From a virus (Duplodnaviria > Caudoviricetes): a stretch of 64,000 bases of DNA. Location: positions 126-64,125 of the IMG/VR virus record IMGVR_UViG_3300028925_005152. One strand, given 5' to 3'. The notes under the pieces were generated by a model. That model saw only the letters and a list, made by a program, of their open reading frames with translations. It did no database searches and had not been told where the DNA came from. Each line of letters opens with the position of its first letter. Position 1 is the stretch's first letter. This document shows positions 28,266-38,552 of the stretch, one piece after another. A program made the translations under genes and the position numbers.

Positions 28266-28650
28266 TTTCTTCTATAATTTCTAATATGTCTGTTAAAATA
28301 TCTACATCAATTTCAGCGAAAGGAACCTTTACGCCTTCTGTATCAACAATCATTGATTTTGCAATCAATAAACTCACAGGGTGGTTATAACCAAAATGCC
28401 TGTAGAGTATAGATTTTAATACTTCATTCATATACCCAACTTCACCTATGAATTCTTCAGATGAAATGTCAACACCATTTTCTGAAAGATTATGAATCAT
28501 AGGAATCATAAGTCCTTCAGTGACTTCACCTATGAATTGCATATCATCTGCTAGTCTTGAACTTTTCTCGGTCAATGGTTTAACATCAGGGTGAGTCCAC
28601 GGCCCTTTGATTATATTGTTGTCTAACCCTTTGGTACTATCGTCACCCAT
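28243..28650 (-). CDS. Hypothetical protein
   Basis: Coupled ORF. Confidence 0.55.
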   Translation of the reverse strand: MGDDSTKGLDNNIIKGPWTHPDVKPLTEKSSRLADDMQFIGEVTEGLMIPMIHNLSENGVDISSEEFIGEVGYMNEVLKSILYRHFGYNHPVSLLIAKSMIVDTEGVKVPFAEIDVDILTDILEIIEESEDEPNS

Positions 28651-29048
28651 TTGATACGCCCCTGTTGGTATTCACCATAAAACATATCTATCCAATATCC
28701 ATTTTTGAGGTAACTATTTAAATTACGAATATAACCTTCGTGATTAGCAACCTTTGCAATAGAACCAGATACACTTCTTCGTACATTACTTTTTTCTTCA
28801 GCTAACAATCCTTTCTGGGTCTTAATCCACTCCTTTATTTTGTTAGGATGAAGATAATAGTCTTCTGGTAAATTTAATAGTGATTTGTGTATAGATGAAT
28901 TCTTGGCGGGTGCTTTTGCTGCTCTTGCCAAAGCAAGTCGTTCAATAGCTGCCGCTCTTTGTTCTGGAGTCATAGGTTTACGAGGTTTGCGTTTTTTAGG
29001 TTCAACCCAACCATCATTAACCGTAGTAGTTATTTTTTTCTTAGTCAT
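28623..29048 (-). CDS. Hypothetical basic protein
   Basis: RKPMTPEQR-AA-ERL-AR motif; early promoter upstream. Confidence 0.65.
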   Translation of the reverse strand: MTKKKITTTVNDGWVEPKKRKPRKPMTPEQRAAAIERLALARAAKAPAKNSSIHKSLLNLPEDYYLHPNKIKEWIKTQKGLLAEEKSNVRRSVSGSIAKVANHEGYIRNLNSYLKNGYWIDMFYGEYQQGRIKWVTIVPKG

Positions 29049-29112
29049 ATTTCATCTCTCATCTTTAACTTGTATAGCCATTATAACACAATCTTATCAA
29101 GAAGTCAATACC

Positions 29113-29304
29113 TTAATTAACTTCATCTAAAGAAACTATCTCTTTTACACCATCTTTATTAATTCTCATTTTAATAAAGTGTTGTTCTTCAAGAACTTTC
29201 AATAAACTTTCAGTGACAGGTGCAATCGCAGCCTTTCTGCCCCAGATGAATGTACAAATACCAAAACATAAAGTAATTATAAATGCAACATTTGAATCAA
29301 TCAT
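29113..29304 (-). CDS. Small membrane protein
   Basis: N-terminal TM segment. Confidence 0.5.
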   Translation of the reverse strand: MIDSNVAFIITLCFGICTFIWGRKAAIAPVTESLLKVLEEQHFIKMRINKDGVKEIVSLDEVN

Positions 29305-29519
29305 TACATATTCCTTTTAGTTTGTTTAATGATTTCATCAATCGTGCTATCGAAATCTTTAAATTGTTTTTGTGCAGCAGATTTAATGGTATCCCAAGTT
29401 TCATACTTTTCACTGTTTAAGTGATCGTTAATAAATTCTTCGATATCCATTACTTGATTTTTGATTTTACTCATCTTTAAAACCTTTTTTTATCTTACTT
29501 ATCTATAGTATCATAAAAT

Positions 29520-30113
29520 TTAGGATTTGTCAAGGGTCTTTTCTTTAATTGTTAAATTATTTAGGAAGAACTCCATGTAAAGGTCTTCATTAAGTATCTG
29601 ATAACCATTACTAGTGCCATAAGTTTTGATGTGAGTGTATATTCTTTTATGTGAGTATTTATTCCACATATCTACCCACCACTCGATAGGTTTTAGTGTA
29701 CAGTGTGCATTTTCTCCATTTGGTAAAATTGCAATAGCTGGTTGGGTGCTGATTGCAAGAAAAACAAATTTATCTGCTCTTTTAGAAATCATATCAAATG
29801 TTTCTGGAATTTGTTCTTCTGGAATGTGTTCCATTACATCAGTAGAGAATACTCCATCAAATGGGCCGTCAGGTAGTAGTTCAAACTCTGGTACTGCTGG
29901 GTCATACAAAGAGGGCATGACACCCATTTCTTCGTGATGTTTCCATTCAGAATATTGTTTACCCTTACCACAACCAAAATCTAGTAAAGTTTCTGGATTT
30001 ATGTCACGAATCAAGTCCATGATATGATGTAATTGTGGTTTTAAGTTATTGCCGGGATAATGAGTATTCCGGTCTGCGTGATAAGATTTATATTGTTCGA
30101 TCCACTCGTTCAT
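29520..30113 (-). CDS. Class I SAM-dependent methyltransferase
   Basis: LLDFGCGKG, YDPA, FDGV-STDVMEHIP. Confidence 0.85.
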   Translation of the reverse strand: MNEWIEQYKSYHADRNTHYPGNNLKPQLHHIMDLIRDINPETLLDFGCGKGKQYSEWKHHEEMGVMPSLYDPAVPEFELLPDGPFDGVFSTDVMEHIPEEQIPETFDMISKRADKFVFLAISTQPAIAILPNGENAHCTLKPIEWWVDMWNKYSHKRIYTHIKTYGTSNGYQILNEDLYMEFFLNNLTIKEKTLDKS

Positions 30114-30570
30114 TATTATGTATCCTCAAATGTTCTTTTAACATCTTTGAACTTCCTATTCTAACATTGATAATGCCATTATAGTATTCGTCAGACTCTA
30201 AAACCCTTCGATCAAATTGTTCTTTTGCTTCTAAGTAACTTAGTATTCCTCTACTCGAACAAAAGTATAAAATTTCTCTAGTGAATTTATCTTCACCGAA
30301 AGACAAAACATCAGCGTTTAAGTGGTCAGAAGAACCCCAATAGTCCTTCCAATCACTTTCTTTTGTTGAACGCCTTTTTCTTGTCTTACCTTTAAGTGGT
30401 GGTCTGGTAACTTTAAACCTCGCGAGCTTCTTACCAATATACTTTCTATTATTAGCAAGGTTGGTTATAAGATAGACAAATCCTTCACAACCTTCTGGAA
30501 GTTCTTGAATTATCTTACCATCATGTGTCCACTTTGTCGGAATTGGTAACAACCCCATCGCGTTTTTCAT
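30088..30570 (-). CDS. GIY-YIG endonuclease
   Basis: GFVYLITN-N-RKYIGKK, SDW-YWGSS, F-REIL, YYN. Confidence 0.85.
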   Translation of the reverse strand: MKNAMGLLPIPTKWTHDGKIIQELPEGCEGFVYLITNLANNRKYIGKKLARFKVTRPPLKGKTRKRRSTKESDWKDYWGSSDHLNADVLSFGEDKFTREILYFCSSRGILSYLEAKEQFDRRVLESDEYYNGIINVRIGSSKMLKEHLRIHNNERVDRTI

Positions 30571-30656
30571 TATCTTTTTCCCAAAAATACAATCTCAGAA
30601 TAAAATGTTCTGTATTATTTATGGGTTTTAATTTAACGCTTTTTCTACCACATCAG

Positions 30657-30827
30657 TTACCAGATGTAGTCATCATCATCCTCTAGTTCGTCTATCAAAT
30701 CTTGGTTTAATTCCTTTCCACAGAATGGACAGAACTCTAATTTATATACAGTAGTGTCCATGTCATGTTTGAAATGGAATTCAGCTTCGCATGAGTCACA
30801 TACAATGACCCTTACTACCCGCATCAT
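30657..30827 (-). CDS. Small Zn-ribbon protein with acidic tail (56 aa)
   Basis: Hand-translated CDSC...CPFCG...EDDDDYIW; TAATG-coupled to nrdJ. Confidence 0.65.
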   Translation of the reverse strand: MMRVVRVIVCDSCEAEFHFKHDMDTTVYKLEFCPFCGKELNQDLIDELEDDDDYIW

Positions 30828-32746
30828 TATTGAATTTCACAAAAACCAGCAACACAAGCTAATTCTTGAGCGCCAATTGTCATATCCTTTGATTCATATT
30901 CAGATAATTTAGACCAATCTACATTCTTAGGCATTTGTTTCAATAAAATGTCATACCCCTCTTTATCGGTATCTTGATAAGGCGCTTGTTGATATGAATG
31001 TTCACTAAATGGTAAGAATGATACTCCAGACATGTAATCAAAATATTTGTAAACCCATGCGCCAACTTCCATCCATTCTTCTTCTTTAACGGAAATTGTA
31101 ACGGAAGGCTTGTGCTCACACCAATGTTTTTGGTATATTAACCACAATTCTAATTGTTCAATTGCGTTCATATCTTGTCTGAATACTGCGCCTCTATCTA
31201 CTTTATGAGGAAAAGAGAACACAGCAGTATTGCTTGGATTTATTACATCATCTTCAACAGGGAAACCTTCGTCTGTCATCATCAAAGTAAGTGGATCCTT
31301 TTTATCACCGCGAACTGTGCGTATGTAGTAAGGATTGTGACGAGCATGAATACCAGATGCAGAATTAACTAGCTGTGATACTGTACCACTTGGTTTGACA
31401 CAAGTAATTGCTACAGATTGTGGAATGTCTAATTTCTTAGACCAAATTTTATTAGTGTCTATTGCGACATTTTTAAGTTTTTCAAGTAATACATCAAGAC
31501 CTTTTGACTTACCATTTGTTAACTTACAATCCATAATACCTGTTAGAGATACACCAAGTAGTCTTTCTTCTGAACAATTTTTCTTCCATGCGGCACTAAC
31601 ATACTTGAAGTTAGTCAAAGTTGATTGGAATGTACCAAGAATGGCAGCCAGTCTTACTTTCTCTATTAAAGTTTCTTCAGTATCATTCGATCTGATAACT
31701 GCTTCACTTAAATTGCAAAATTCTCTATCTCGCAATATTATCTCGCTGCAAGGATTTACGCCAAAGTGGTGCCCTTCGGTGGTTCTACGACCACTAGCTT
31801 CGGCTATTCTGTTAGCACTTTCACGATTAAAGATACCACGTTCTCCAGATTTAGATTCATAGAGTGCGTTCCACTCACTCATAAAGATACCCATTTCTGG
31901 TTTCTCTGTATAACAAGCAGAGTTATTAGCTAAGGCGCGTTGAGGATTTTCTGTCCACCATTGTCCAGATTTAGCATGACGCATACGATCATCTGAAAGA
32001 TTTGAAAGACTAATGAGAGCAGACCTACGAACACCGCCAACTACCACTACTTCAGCAATTTTACAAACAATGTCATGACATTCTAGTGAGGACAACTTAC
32101 GTCCAGCAGAACTACCAAGTACATTGACTACAAAATTAAATAATGACTCTAGTGGTGCAGGGCCCGAAGCACGACCACCAAAAGTTTTAAGTGGAGCACC
32201 AGCAGGACGGATTTTAGATAAATCCCATCGTGGAATCTGACCAATATACAACATACCCATCAGTTCTTTAAATGCTTTTGCCCAACCCATTTTACTATCT
32301 GCAACAGTAATAACAGTATCAGATGCATGGAACTCCTCTGCTACTTTTGGAAGTTCAGATGTAAATTGTCTTTCAACAGAAAAACCAACTCCAGTTCCAT
32401 TCATAAGAACATAAAGGATTTCATCAAACGCTTGAATACGATTTACTGCAACGTATGAGCAATTGTATCCAGCGATGTTCTCCCTCTTGAGCGCCTCTCC
32501 TGCGGTCATTAAGCAACGCATAGAGGGCATAACTTTTTGTCCTAGTACGGCAAGTTCAAGTTCATCTCTATCTTTTTTTGTAATTTCAAATCCTGTCATT
32601 TCCTGTACATGAACATCAAAGAAATCAAAGTATCTTGAAACAGTTTCATTCCAAGTTTCTCTGCGACCTTTTTCTGGTAGCCATCGAGAGTATCTTGATA
32701 GGTGAATGAATTCTTGGTATGAGGTTGGTAAAAAATTATCGGGCAT
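30827..32746 (-). CDS. nrdJ: Class II (B12-dependent) ribonucleotide reductase, RTPR-type
   Basis: YNCSY, GTGVGFS, VVVGGVRRSA, NPCSEI, TCVKPSGTVS, C-terminal CVAGFC; no nrdB adjacent. Confidence 0.92.
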   Translation of the reverse strand: MPDNFLPTSYQEFIHLSRYSRWLPEKGRRETWNETVSRYFDFFDVHVQEMTGFEITKKDRDELELAVLGQKVMPSMRCLMTAGEALKRENIAGYNCSYVAVNRIQAFDEILYVLMNGTGVGFSVERQFTSELPKVAEEFHASDTVITVADSKMGWAKAFKELMGMLYIGQIPRWDLSKIRPAGAPLKTFGGRASGPAPLESLFNFVVNVLGSSAGRKLSSLECHDIVCKIAEVVVVGGVRRSALISLSNLSDDRMRHAKSGQWWTENPQRALANNSACYTEKPEMGIFMSEWNALYESKSGERGIFNRESANRIAEASGRRTTEGHHFGVNPCSEIILRDREFCNLSEAVIRSNDTEETLIEKVRLAAILGTFQSTLTNFKYVSAAWKKNCSEERLLGVSLTGIMDCKLTNGKSKGLDVLLEKLKNVAIDTNKIWSKKLDIPQSVAITCVKPSGTVSQLVNSASGIHARHNPYYIRTVRGDKKDPLTLMMTDEGFPVEDDVINPSNTAVFSFPHKVDRGAVFRQDMNAIEQLELWLIYQKHWCEHKPSVTISVKEEEWMEVGAWVYKYFDYMSGVSFLPFSEHSYQQAPYQDTDKEGYDILLKQMPKNVDWSKLSEYESKDMTIGAQELACVAGFCEIQ

Positions 32747-33734
32747 TTCGTCTTCTCCATTGTGTGAATTTTATCTTGGCCATGTTGCCTTGATAAGAAT
32801 TATTGTTTATTATTGTCTGTACTTCTTCTTTAGTAAGTCCAGATAGTATCATATCGTTTATATCTTTTTCTTTCAAATCATCAGGCCATAACACTACATT
32901 ATAACCCATGTATATTGTCTTCTCTATTTGTTTCAATATCTCGACATTGCGTCTTTCGTTATCAAAAATAATAGTTGTATTCTCTACAGGTAATCTACTA
33001 AAATCAGCACCACCGACAGCAACACAATTGTCCAAAAACATAGAGTCAATGGGCCCTTCGGTTACTTGTATTGGTTTTGTAGAGTCTAGTCTATTAAGAC
33101 CGTAGATTTTATCTTTGTCTGGGTCAAGAGTGATGGTAATATACTTTGGTATTTCATTACCAAATGCCCTCCCTTGAAACGCAAACATTTTACTATTCTC
33201 ATCAAAGAATGGAATTACCAATCTAGGGTGATCCCCATTCAAAGAAGCGAATTTGTTAGGTACAACAGTATTGACCCAAGTATAAAACTTTGGAGCAAAG
33301 AACAACTCAAAATGAACTGTAGAAGGGATTTGTCGATTCATCACAAATTTCTTAACAGGATGGTCATGACTTAATGACGATATCTTTTTAAGTGATTTGA
33401 GTGGTGAAGGCCCCTTCATGAATTTAGGTTGAGTGAATTTTCCAATGTCTGGAAGTTCTGGTTCATTCTTTTTGTATCTCTCCATTATATAGTCATTGTA
33501 AATTTTAGGGTCAATGTGTTTCAGTAAATTACTGAACGATGCTCCTACGCCACAGTTATGACACTTATATATAAGATTCAATTCTTTACGGAAAATAAAA
33601 CCACGAGCTTTGGTAGAAGACTTTTGAGAATCTCCACAGTAAGGACAACGAAAATTGTACAGGCAGTCTCCTGTCTTTTTAAATCGCTGCAATTGCGATG
33701 ACGCAATCATTAGATATTTTTTTTCTATATACAT
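32736..33734 (-). CDS. 61: DNA primase gp61
   Basis: CPYCGDS...CHNC Zn finger, FQGR, TEGPIDS, FDNE-RN, KDIND; likely start MYIEKK. Confidence 0.95.
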   Translation of the reverse strand: MYIEKKYLMIASSQLQRFKKTGDCLYNFRCPYCGDSQKSSTKARGFIFRKELNLIYKCHNCGVGASFSNLLKHIDPKIYNDYIMERYKKNEPELPDIGKFTQPKFMKGPSPLKSLKKISSLSHDHPVKKFVMNRQIPSTVHFELFFAPKFYTWVNTVVPNKFASLNGDHPRLVIPFFDENSKMFAFQGRAFGNEIPKYITITLDPDKDKIYGLNRLDSTKPIQVTEGPIDSMFLDNCVAVGGADFSRLPVENTTIIFDNERRNVEILKQIEKTIYMGYNVVLWPDDLKEKDINDMILSGLTKEEVQTIINNNSYQGNMAKIKFTQWRRRNAR

Positions 33735-33740
33735 GGTGTA

Positions 33741-33769
33741 ATTATAACTCAATTAGAGGTAGATGTCAA
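33741..33769 (-). promoter_or_regulatory. sigma70-like promoter for primase
   Basis: TTGACA-N17-TATAAT. Confidence 0.7.
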
Positions 33770-34179
33770 CCCCAAATAGGCATTTTTTGAATAATAAATC
33801 CGAGTACTATAGAACCACCGATAATTATCCAACGCCACTTTTCAAGAATACCAACTCGGTTGTTTAGGTCGTCCCTAAGCATCTGTTGATTGATAGCATC
33901 TTGTTTACTATGTTCTGACATTATATCAGTAAGTTCTTTATAGTTTGTAGTAATACGAGAGTGTAGTTCTCTAATGTCTGTTGTAAATTCTAAATTGGCA
34001 CGATTAGCAACTTCTTCTTGATTAGCTATCCTTTCTTCATGCACAGCCAACATACGATTGACCGATGAAGACACATCAGTAATCCTTTCAATAGCGGTAT
34101 CAAGACGATTAAATATTAATTTTATATCAGCAACTTCTTTTTTAAGAATTGCCACCTCTGTTGTGATTTCATTACTCAT
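33766..34179 (-). CDS. Coiled-coil protein with C-terminal TM
   Basis: LAVHEERI...LEKWRW-IIGG. Confidence 0.65.
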   Translation of the reverse strand: MSNEITTEVAILKKEVADIKLIFNRLDTAIERITDVSSSVNRMLAVHEERIANQEEVANRANLEFTTDIRELHSRITTNYKELTDIMSEHSKQDAINQQMLRDDLNNRVGILEKWRWIIIGGSIVLGFIIQKMPIWG

Positions 34180-34210
34180 CTTTTTTACCTTTAAAGTGTT
34201 ATTTAGTATA

Positions 34211-36061
34211 CTATGTATCTACGATATTGTCAATAGGTGAATAAATTTTAATAAGTTCCTCTTTACCCTTAACTTTAATCTCACCAATATTTTTACTTGG
34301 CATAGTATCAGGTAGTTGTTCCATAGTATAACTAGAATAGATTGTTGGATAATCTTTATAATCTCCTCTAGCGGCAGTTGCTTCTAATCGTGCAGCAAGG
34401 TTGACAGAATCACCAATGACTGAATAGTCAAATCTGGTGGTACTACCCATATTGCCTACAATACATGTTCCTGTATTAACACCACTACCAATATTAATCT
34501 CTGGTAATCCTTTCTCTTTCCACGCAGTCTTTAGGTTCTCAGTTTCTATTGCACACTCCACAGATGTACGAACCGCTAACTCTGCATGGTTCTCACAATC
34601 TAATGGTGCGTTCCAGAAAGCCATGATGCAATCGCCCATGTATTTATCAACCGTACCACCATTATTCAATACTATCTTGGTCATGCGGTCTAGGTAATCA
34701 TTGATACACTCAACTAATCCTTCTGGGTCATCATTGTTCTTATAGTGTTCTGATATAGGAGTGAATCCAACAATGTCCATAAAGAGAAAACTCATCTCTC
34801 TGCGTTCACCACCAAGTTTCAGTGCGTCTGGATTCTTCTGTAAAATAGCAACCTGTCGTGGATCAAGGTAATGTTCAAATTGTTTCTTAATCTGTTGGCG
34901 TAATCTAAATTCTTCCATAAACCGCAGAAATGCAGAAACAGACCAAACTACAAACATTGTCAATACAGGATATGACCAATCAATTAGGTAGCTGTATTCA
35001 GTAAATAAGTATGAACTGCCGTAATAAGTCCCTGCAAGAAATATTGGTAATAGTGTTGCACCAACATACCAACTTAGTGTTAACACCACTACTGTTAGTA
35101 TCAATGATAACACTAAAGACACTGAAAGCTCTGCTAAATCAGTCCAGAAGGGTCTTGTGATGTTCCTTCCTGCAATCATAGTTGTTACAGAGGCAGCAAT
35201 CAAATCGTGACTTGGAATTACACCCACTGGGGTTGCAACTGGATTATCTATTCCAGATGCCGTAGGTGAAAGAATAACAATCTTTCCTACAAATGAATCA
35301 TCGTCTGTTAATTTGTTTAGTGCATAGGTTTTTGTTTTCCATTTGAAATCAATCCAAATAGCACCATTGGCATCAGTCAGTATCTTTTTGTATTTTGGTA
35401 TGCGTAATGCTTCCACACCACCCTCACCAGTTTTCATCTGATAACTAATATCTCCAGCAGCTGTTCTTAGTATCTCCATAGACAGAGATGGATACAGTTG
35501 TCCATCTATTTGAATCACCAAAGGCATCCTACGAACCACACCATCATTCTCTGGAGCAATAAGCATCATACCAACACCTATTGCAGATTTTGAAAATGGT
35601 TCTATGGGGCCGACTGCACCACTATAATTGTATATCCATTGTTGCCAAGGCATACCTATCGCGGCAACACCTCTGGGTACAGGATTTCCTTTAGTTTGAT
35701 TTGCTGGGATTTGTCCTATGATGGTTGGAGTTTTTCTCAACATCTCATCAAATTGTGCATCACCACCTAATCTATCTTTGTCTGCAAACAATATGGGTAA
35801 TACAACAATTGAAGCACCCTTGCGATATAGACTTTCAATGTCCTTTGCAAGTTTATCTCTTGGCCAAGGCCACTGACCATATTCTCTTACCGAAGCATTA
35901 TCTATTTCTACTGTCACGACATCAGGAGCGATTGTTTCTTGTTGTGTTCTTTGATGTTGGTCTAGTGCTTTCAACCTTACCATCTCAAAGAACCAAAGGT
36001 CTGAAAAACGAATAACACAAAAGAATAAAATAACAGAAATAGCTATAATCCACTTTTTCAT
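34211..36061 (-). CDS. CHASE2-domain class III adenylate cyclase
   Basis: N-terminal TM; CHASE2 (GQWPWPR, DGVVRRMPL); three TMs; FMDIVGFT, DKYMGDCIMAFW, GNMGS-DYSVIGDSVNLAARLE. Confidence 0.95.
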   Translation of the reverse strand: MKKWIIAISVILFFCVIRFSDLWFFEMVRLKALDQHQRTQQETIAPDVVTVEIDNASVREYGQWPWPRDKLAKDIESLYRKGASIVVLPILFADKDRLGGDAQFDEMLRKTPTIIGQIPANQTKGNPVPRGVAAIGMPWQQWIYNYSGAVGPIEPFSKSAIGVGMMLIAPENDGVVRRMPLVIQIDGQLYPSLSMEILRTAAGDISYQMKTGEGGVEALRIPKYKKILTDANGAIWIDFKWKTKTYALNKLTDDDSFVGKIVILSPTASGIDNPVATPVGVIPSHDLIAASVTTMIAGRNITRPFWTDLAELSVSLVLSLILTVVVLTLSWYVGATLLPIFLAGTYYGSSYLFTEYSYLIDWSYPVLTMFVVWSVSAFLRFMEEFRLRQQIKKQFEHYLDPRQVAILQKNPDALKLGGERREMSFLFMDIVGFTPISEHYKNNDDPEGLVECINDYLDRMTKIVLNNGGTVDKYMGDCIMAFWNAPLDCENHAELAVRTSVECAIETENLKTAWKEKGLPEINIGSGVNTGTCIVGNMGSTTRFDYSVIGDSVNLAARLEATAARGDYKDYPTIYSSYTMEQLPDTMPSKNIGEIKVKGKEELIKIYSPIDNIVDT

Positions 36062-36062
36062 T

Positions 36063-36854
36063 TTAATTTCCTTGTGTCAAGGATACACCACAACCGCCAG
36101 ATGATTGACAGTTCTGTGTTAGAGAGTATGATTGATTTGTACCACCTTGTTGAACCAAATTCAAATTAGTAGGATAACTGCCGGTTAAATCTACAGTAGC
36201 AGTATGTGTTCCACTGTCTTTTTGAACAACAGATTGTGAACCACCATCAGTCCTTACAGTCATATATAAGGTTTTGTTACCATTTCCGTTTTGTTTAACA
36301 AACATATTATTATTTTCTCCACCGTATGTGTATAGTCGAATAGAATGGTCTGCATTACCTGATCCTGTTTGTTGTCCTATCTTGATATTATTTCCACCAG
36401 AATGTAGGTCTAGGTTAGTTGTGTGACCACCATACTCTGATGTAGTTCCAGAACAAGTTGTATCAGAGCTACTAGTAAAGGTTGCGCCCTGACAGACATG
36501 AACATTATTATTATTGCTTTTTATATGAAATCCAACTCTGTTTGAATCAGAACCATTGGTGTTGTTCTGTTCAATTTTTATATTGTTATTTACTCCGTCC
36601 AAGTCACCACCCCAAGCTCGACCAGAACCCCAGTAGGAAATCCAACTGACTGTGTTATTGTTTCCTTCTTGGTCAATATCAAGTGTGTTGTCGTCATGGG
36701 CCATTGTTAAATTGACAGCGTTGTTCTGGCCATCTTGACTGACATTTATTGTTGTATCATCACTGGTAGTAATTTGTTCTATGAATACACTGTTTCCAGC
36801 ATAAACAATACTACTCAGACTGATAGATAGTAATAGTGTTATCAGTTTCATCAT
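36063..36854 (-). CDS. Curlin-like secreted repeat protein
   Basis: Signal peptide; repeats INVSQDGQNN, LDIDQEGNNN, VKQNGNGN, LVQQGGTN. Confidence 0.75.
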   Translation of the reverse strand: MMKLITLLLSISLSSIVYAGNSVFIEQITTSDDTTINVSQDGQNNAVNLTMAHDDNTLDIDQEGNNNTVSWISYWGSGRAWGGDLDGVNNNIKIEQNNTNGSDSNRVGFHIKSNNNNVHVCQGATFTSSSDTTCSGTTSEYGGHTTNLDLHSGGNNIKIGQQTGSGNADHSIRLYTYGGENNNMFVKQNGNGNKTLYMTVRTDGGSQSVVQKDSGTHTATVDLTGSYPTNLNLVQQGGTNQSYSLTQNCQSSGGCGVSLTQGN

Positions 36855-37899
36855 CGGATGTTATCTCTGGTACAGGTATTCCCTGTTGTGTTAAATTAAT
36901 TCTATATCCCCAATCTGCATTTAATCTTAAATGAATATTACCATTTCCCACTTGACGAATTATCTCAAGTCGCGAACCATCACGAATCGTATTAACTTGA
37001 GTTGATTTATTGAAACCGCTTGTCCTACCATCTACCAGTTCTCTCTGAGCGGTTAGTGCAATTAATTGGTCTAGCACATTCATTAATAAATCAACATCTA
37101 AAGGATTAATGTCTAGTTCAGTAAATTCTAATTTATCTTCGTCTAATTGGTTTTTGTCTAACTCTCTAAATTCTAAAAAATCTATGTCTAATAAGTTTAT
37201 TGTAATTTTAGAACTTTTAATTATTTTTAAAAGTTTTTCTTTGGGTGGTTTAATAATTAACAAATTATTAATTTGGTCTAAAGTTAAATCAAGTATAACT
37301 GGCTTTGAGGGATTAGATTCTCCATTTATAACTAATGTAGATTCAAATGCTTGGGTTAGAAAAACCTGTCCTGCATCACTTTCTACTGATATCTTACCCA
37401 CTGTTCCATCTGCATTGGGAAGTAGAATAATGAGAGACTTTCCAACCTCATCAACAGTCATACTAAAAGCAGTTCCAAGAACACCTATTCGTGCAGTTGG
37501 AGTGCGAATATCAACATTCTGAGAATTTAGTTTTGCAATATTACCACTTGCATATCTAACTGTTCCCAGTGCAACATTCATTACAAGTTTAGACCCTGTT
37601 TTAGAATTTGGGTCATACACAAAATCATCTATTACTAATGAGCTATGTGGACTTATTGCCACATTTGTATCATCAATAAATTTTATTCCAACATTACCAT
37701 TTCCTGTACGGACATTATCTTTGTATTCAATGGCAGAGTTTTCTTCTAAAACAAGTTTATTCTCTGCCCTTTCTACCGAAGCATTGCCTTTTTGTTTTAC
37801 TACATTACCAATAGTTTCCGATAAAACAATATTGTTAACCGAAATCAATAGTGTAAAACTAATCGTCCATAGTAACCGTAACATTGTGTCCTGCCCCAA
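36811..37899 (-). CDS. FecR-domain periplasmic protein
   Basis: Signal peptide; D-VRTG, FIDDT, S-LVIDDFVYDP, G-VRYASG-IAK, TPTA-IGVLGT-F. Confidence 0.88.
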   Translation of the reverse strand: MGQDTMLRLLWTISFTLLISVNNIVLSETIGNVVKQKGNASVERAENKLVLEENSAIEYKDNVRTGNGNVGIKFIDDTNVAISPHSSLVIDDFVYDPNSKTGSKLVMNVALGTVRYASGNIAKLNSQNVDIRTPTARIGVLGTAFSMTVDEVGKSLIILLPNADGTVGKISVESDAGQVFLTQAFESTLVINGESNPSKPVILDLTLDQINNLLIIKPPKEKLLKIIKSSKITINLLDIDFLEFRELDKNQLDEDKLEFTELDINPLDVDLLMNVLDQLIALTAQRELVDGRTSGFNKSTQVNTIRDGSRLEIIRQVGNGNIHLRLNADWGYRINLTQQGIPVPEITSDDETDNTITIYQSE

Positions 37900-38542
37900 C
37901 AGTTGTCATCTGAACAGTACCATCATAAGCACCATCCTGTGTAATACTGAACTGACCAGATGCTCCTGTATGATGCAAGGTTGTATCTTGATCTGCTGCT
38001 CCAGTGTGTGTAGAAGTGACCGTATTAGAGTTACCTATTAACGTAATACTTGTTACTTTCTTATCACTACCCGCTAGTGATGCGGTACTGTTTTCATTGA
38101 TGGTGACGGTATTGCTATCACCTTGAGCAACCAAATCAATATCTGCATCATCAGTTGAAGCCGAACTACCTACATTAACAGTAGTTGTGTTTGAACTACC
38201 TGTAAGCGTTTGAATAATACTGTTGTCAGCAGACGCTGAGTTTGCACCAACCGATACAGTAGATGCATTACTATTACCAGCTTGTCTAAGAGTAAACTGT
38301 TGAGTTGCACCAACTACTGATGCTGCAATTGTGTTACTATTACCAATCTGGTCAATGTCTAGTGTTTGGTTATCACCTGTTAAAGTGACCACCGTTCCAG
38401 AAACACCAAACTTGTTGGTTTGTCCGTCTTGATTAATATTTGCAGTAAGGCTTGCACCTGACTGTGTAATGTATACATCGCTCGCATAACCCACACTCAT
38501 CATAACAAAGTAAGCGAGAATTGTAAGTATGCTATTTTTCAT
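37859..38542 (-). CDS. Curlin-like secreted repeat protein
   Basis: Signal peptide; Q-x-G-x-x-N repeats (NQDGQTN, DQIGNSN, RQAGNSN, AQGDSN). Confidence 0.75.
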   Translation of the reverse strand: MKNSILTILAYFVMMSVGYASDVYITQSGASLTANINQDGQTNKFGVSGTVVTLTGDNQTLDIDQIGNSNTIAASVVGATQQFTLRQAGNSNASTVSVGANSASADNSIIQTLTGSSNTTTVNVGSSASTDDADIDLVAQGDSNTVTINENSTASLAGSDKKVTSITLIGNSNTVTSTHTGAADQDTTLHHTGASGQFSITQDGAYDGTVQMTTVGAGHNVTVTMDD

Positions 38543-38552
38543 TTTATCTCTC

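Noticed and set aside
1362-32746. Introns or inteins in gp43 or nrdJ
   Set aside because: Both are continuous, normal-length ORFs without intein motifs.
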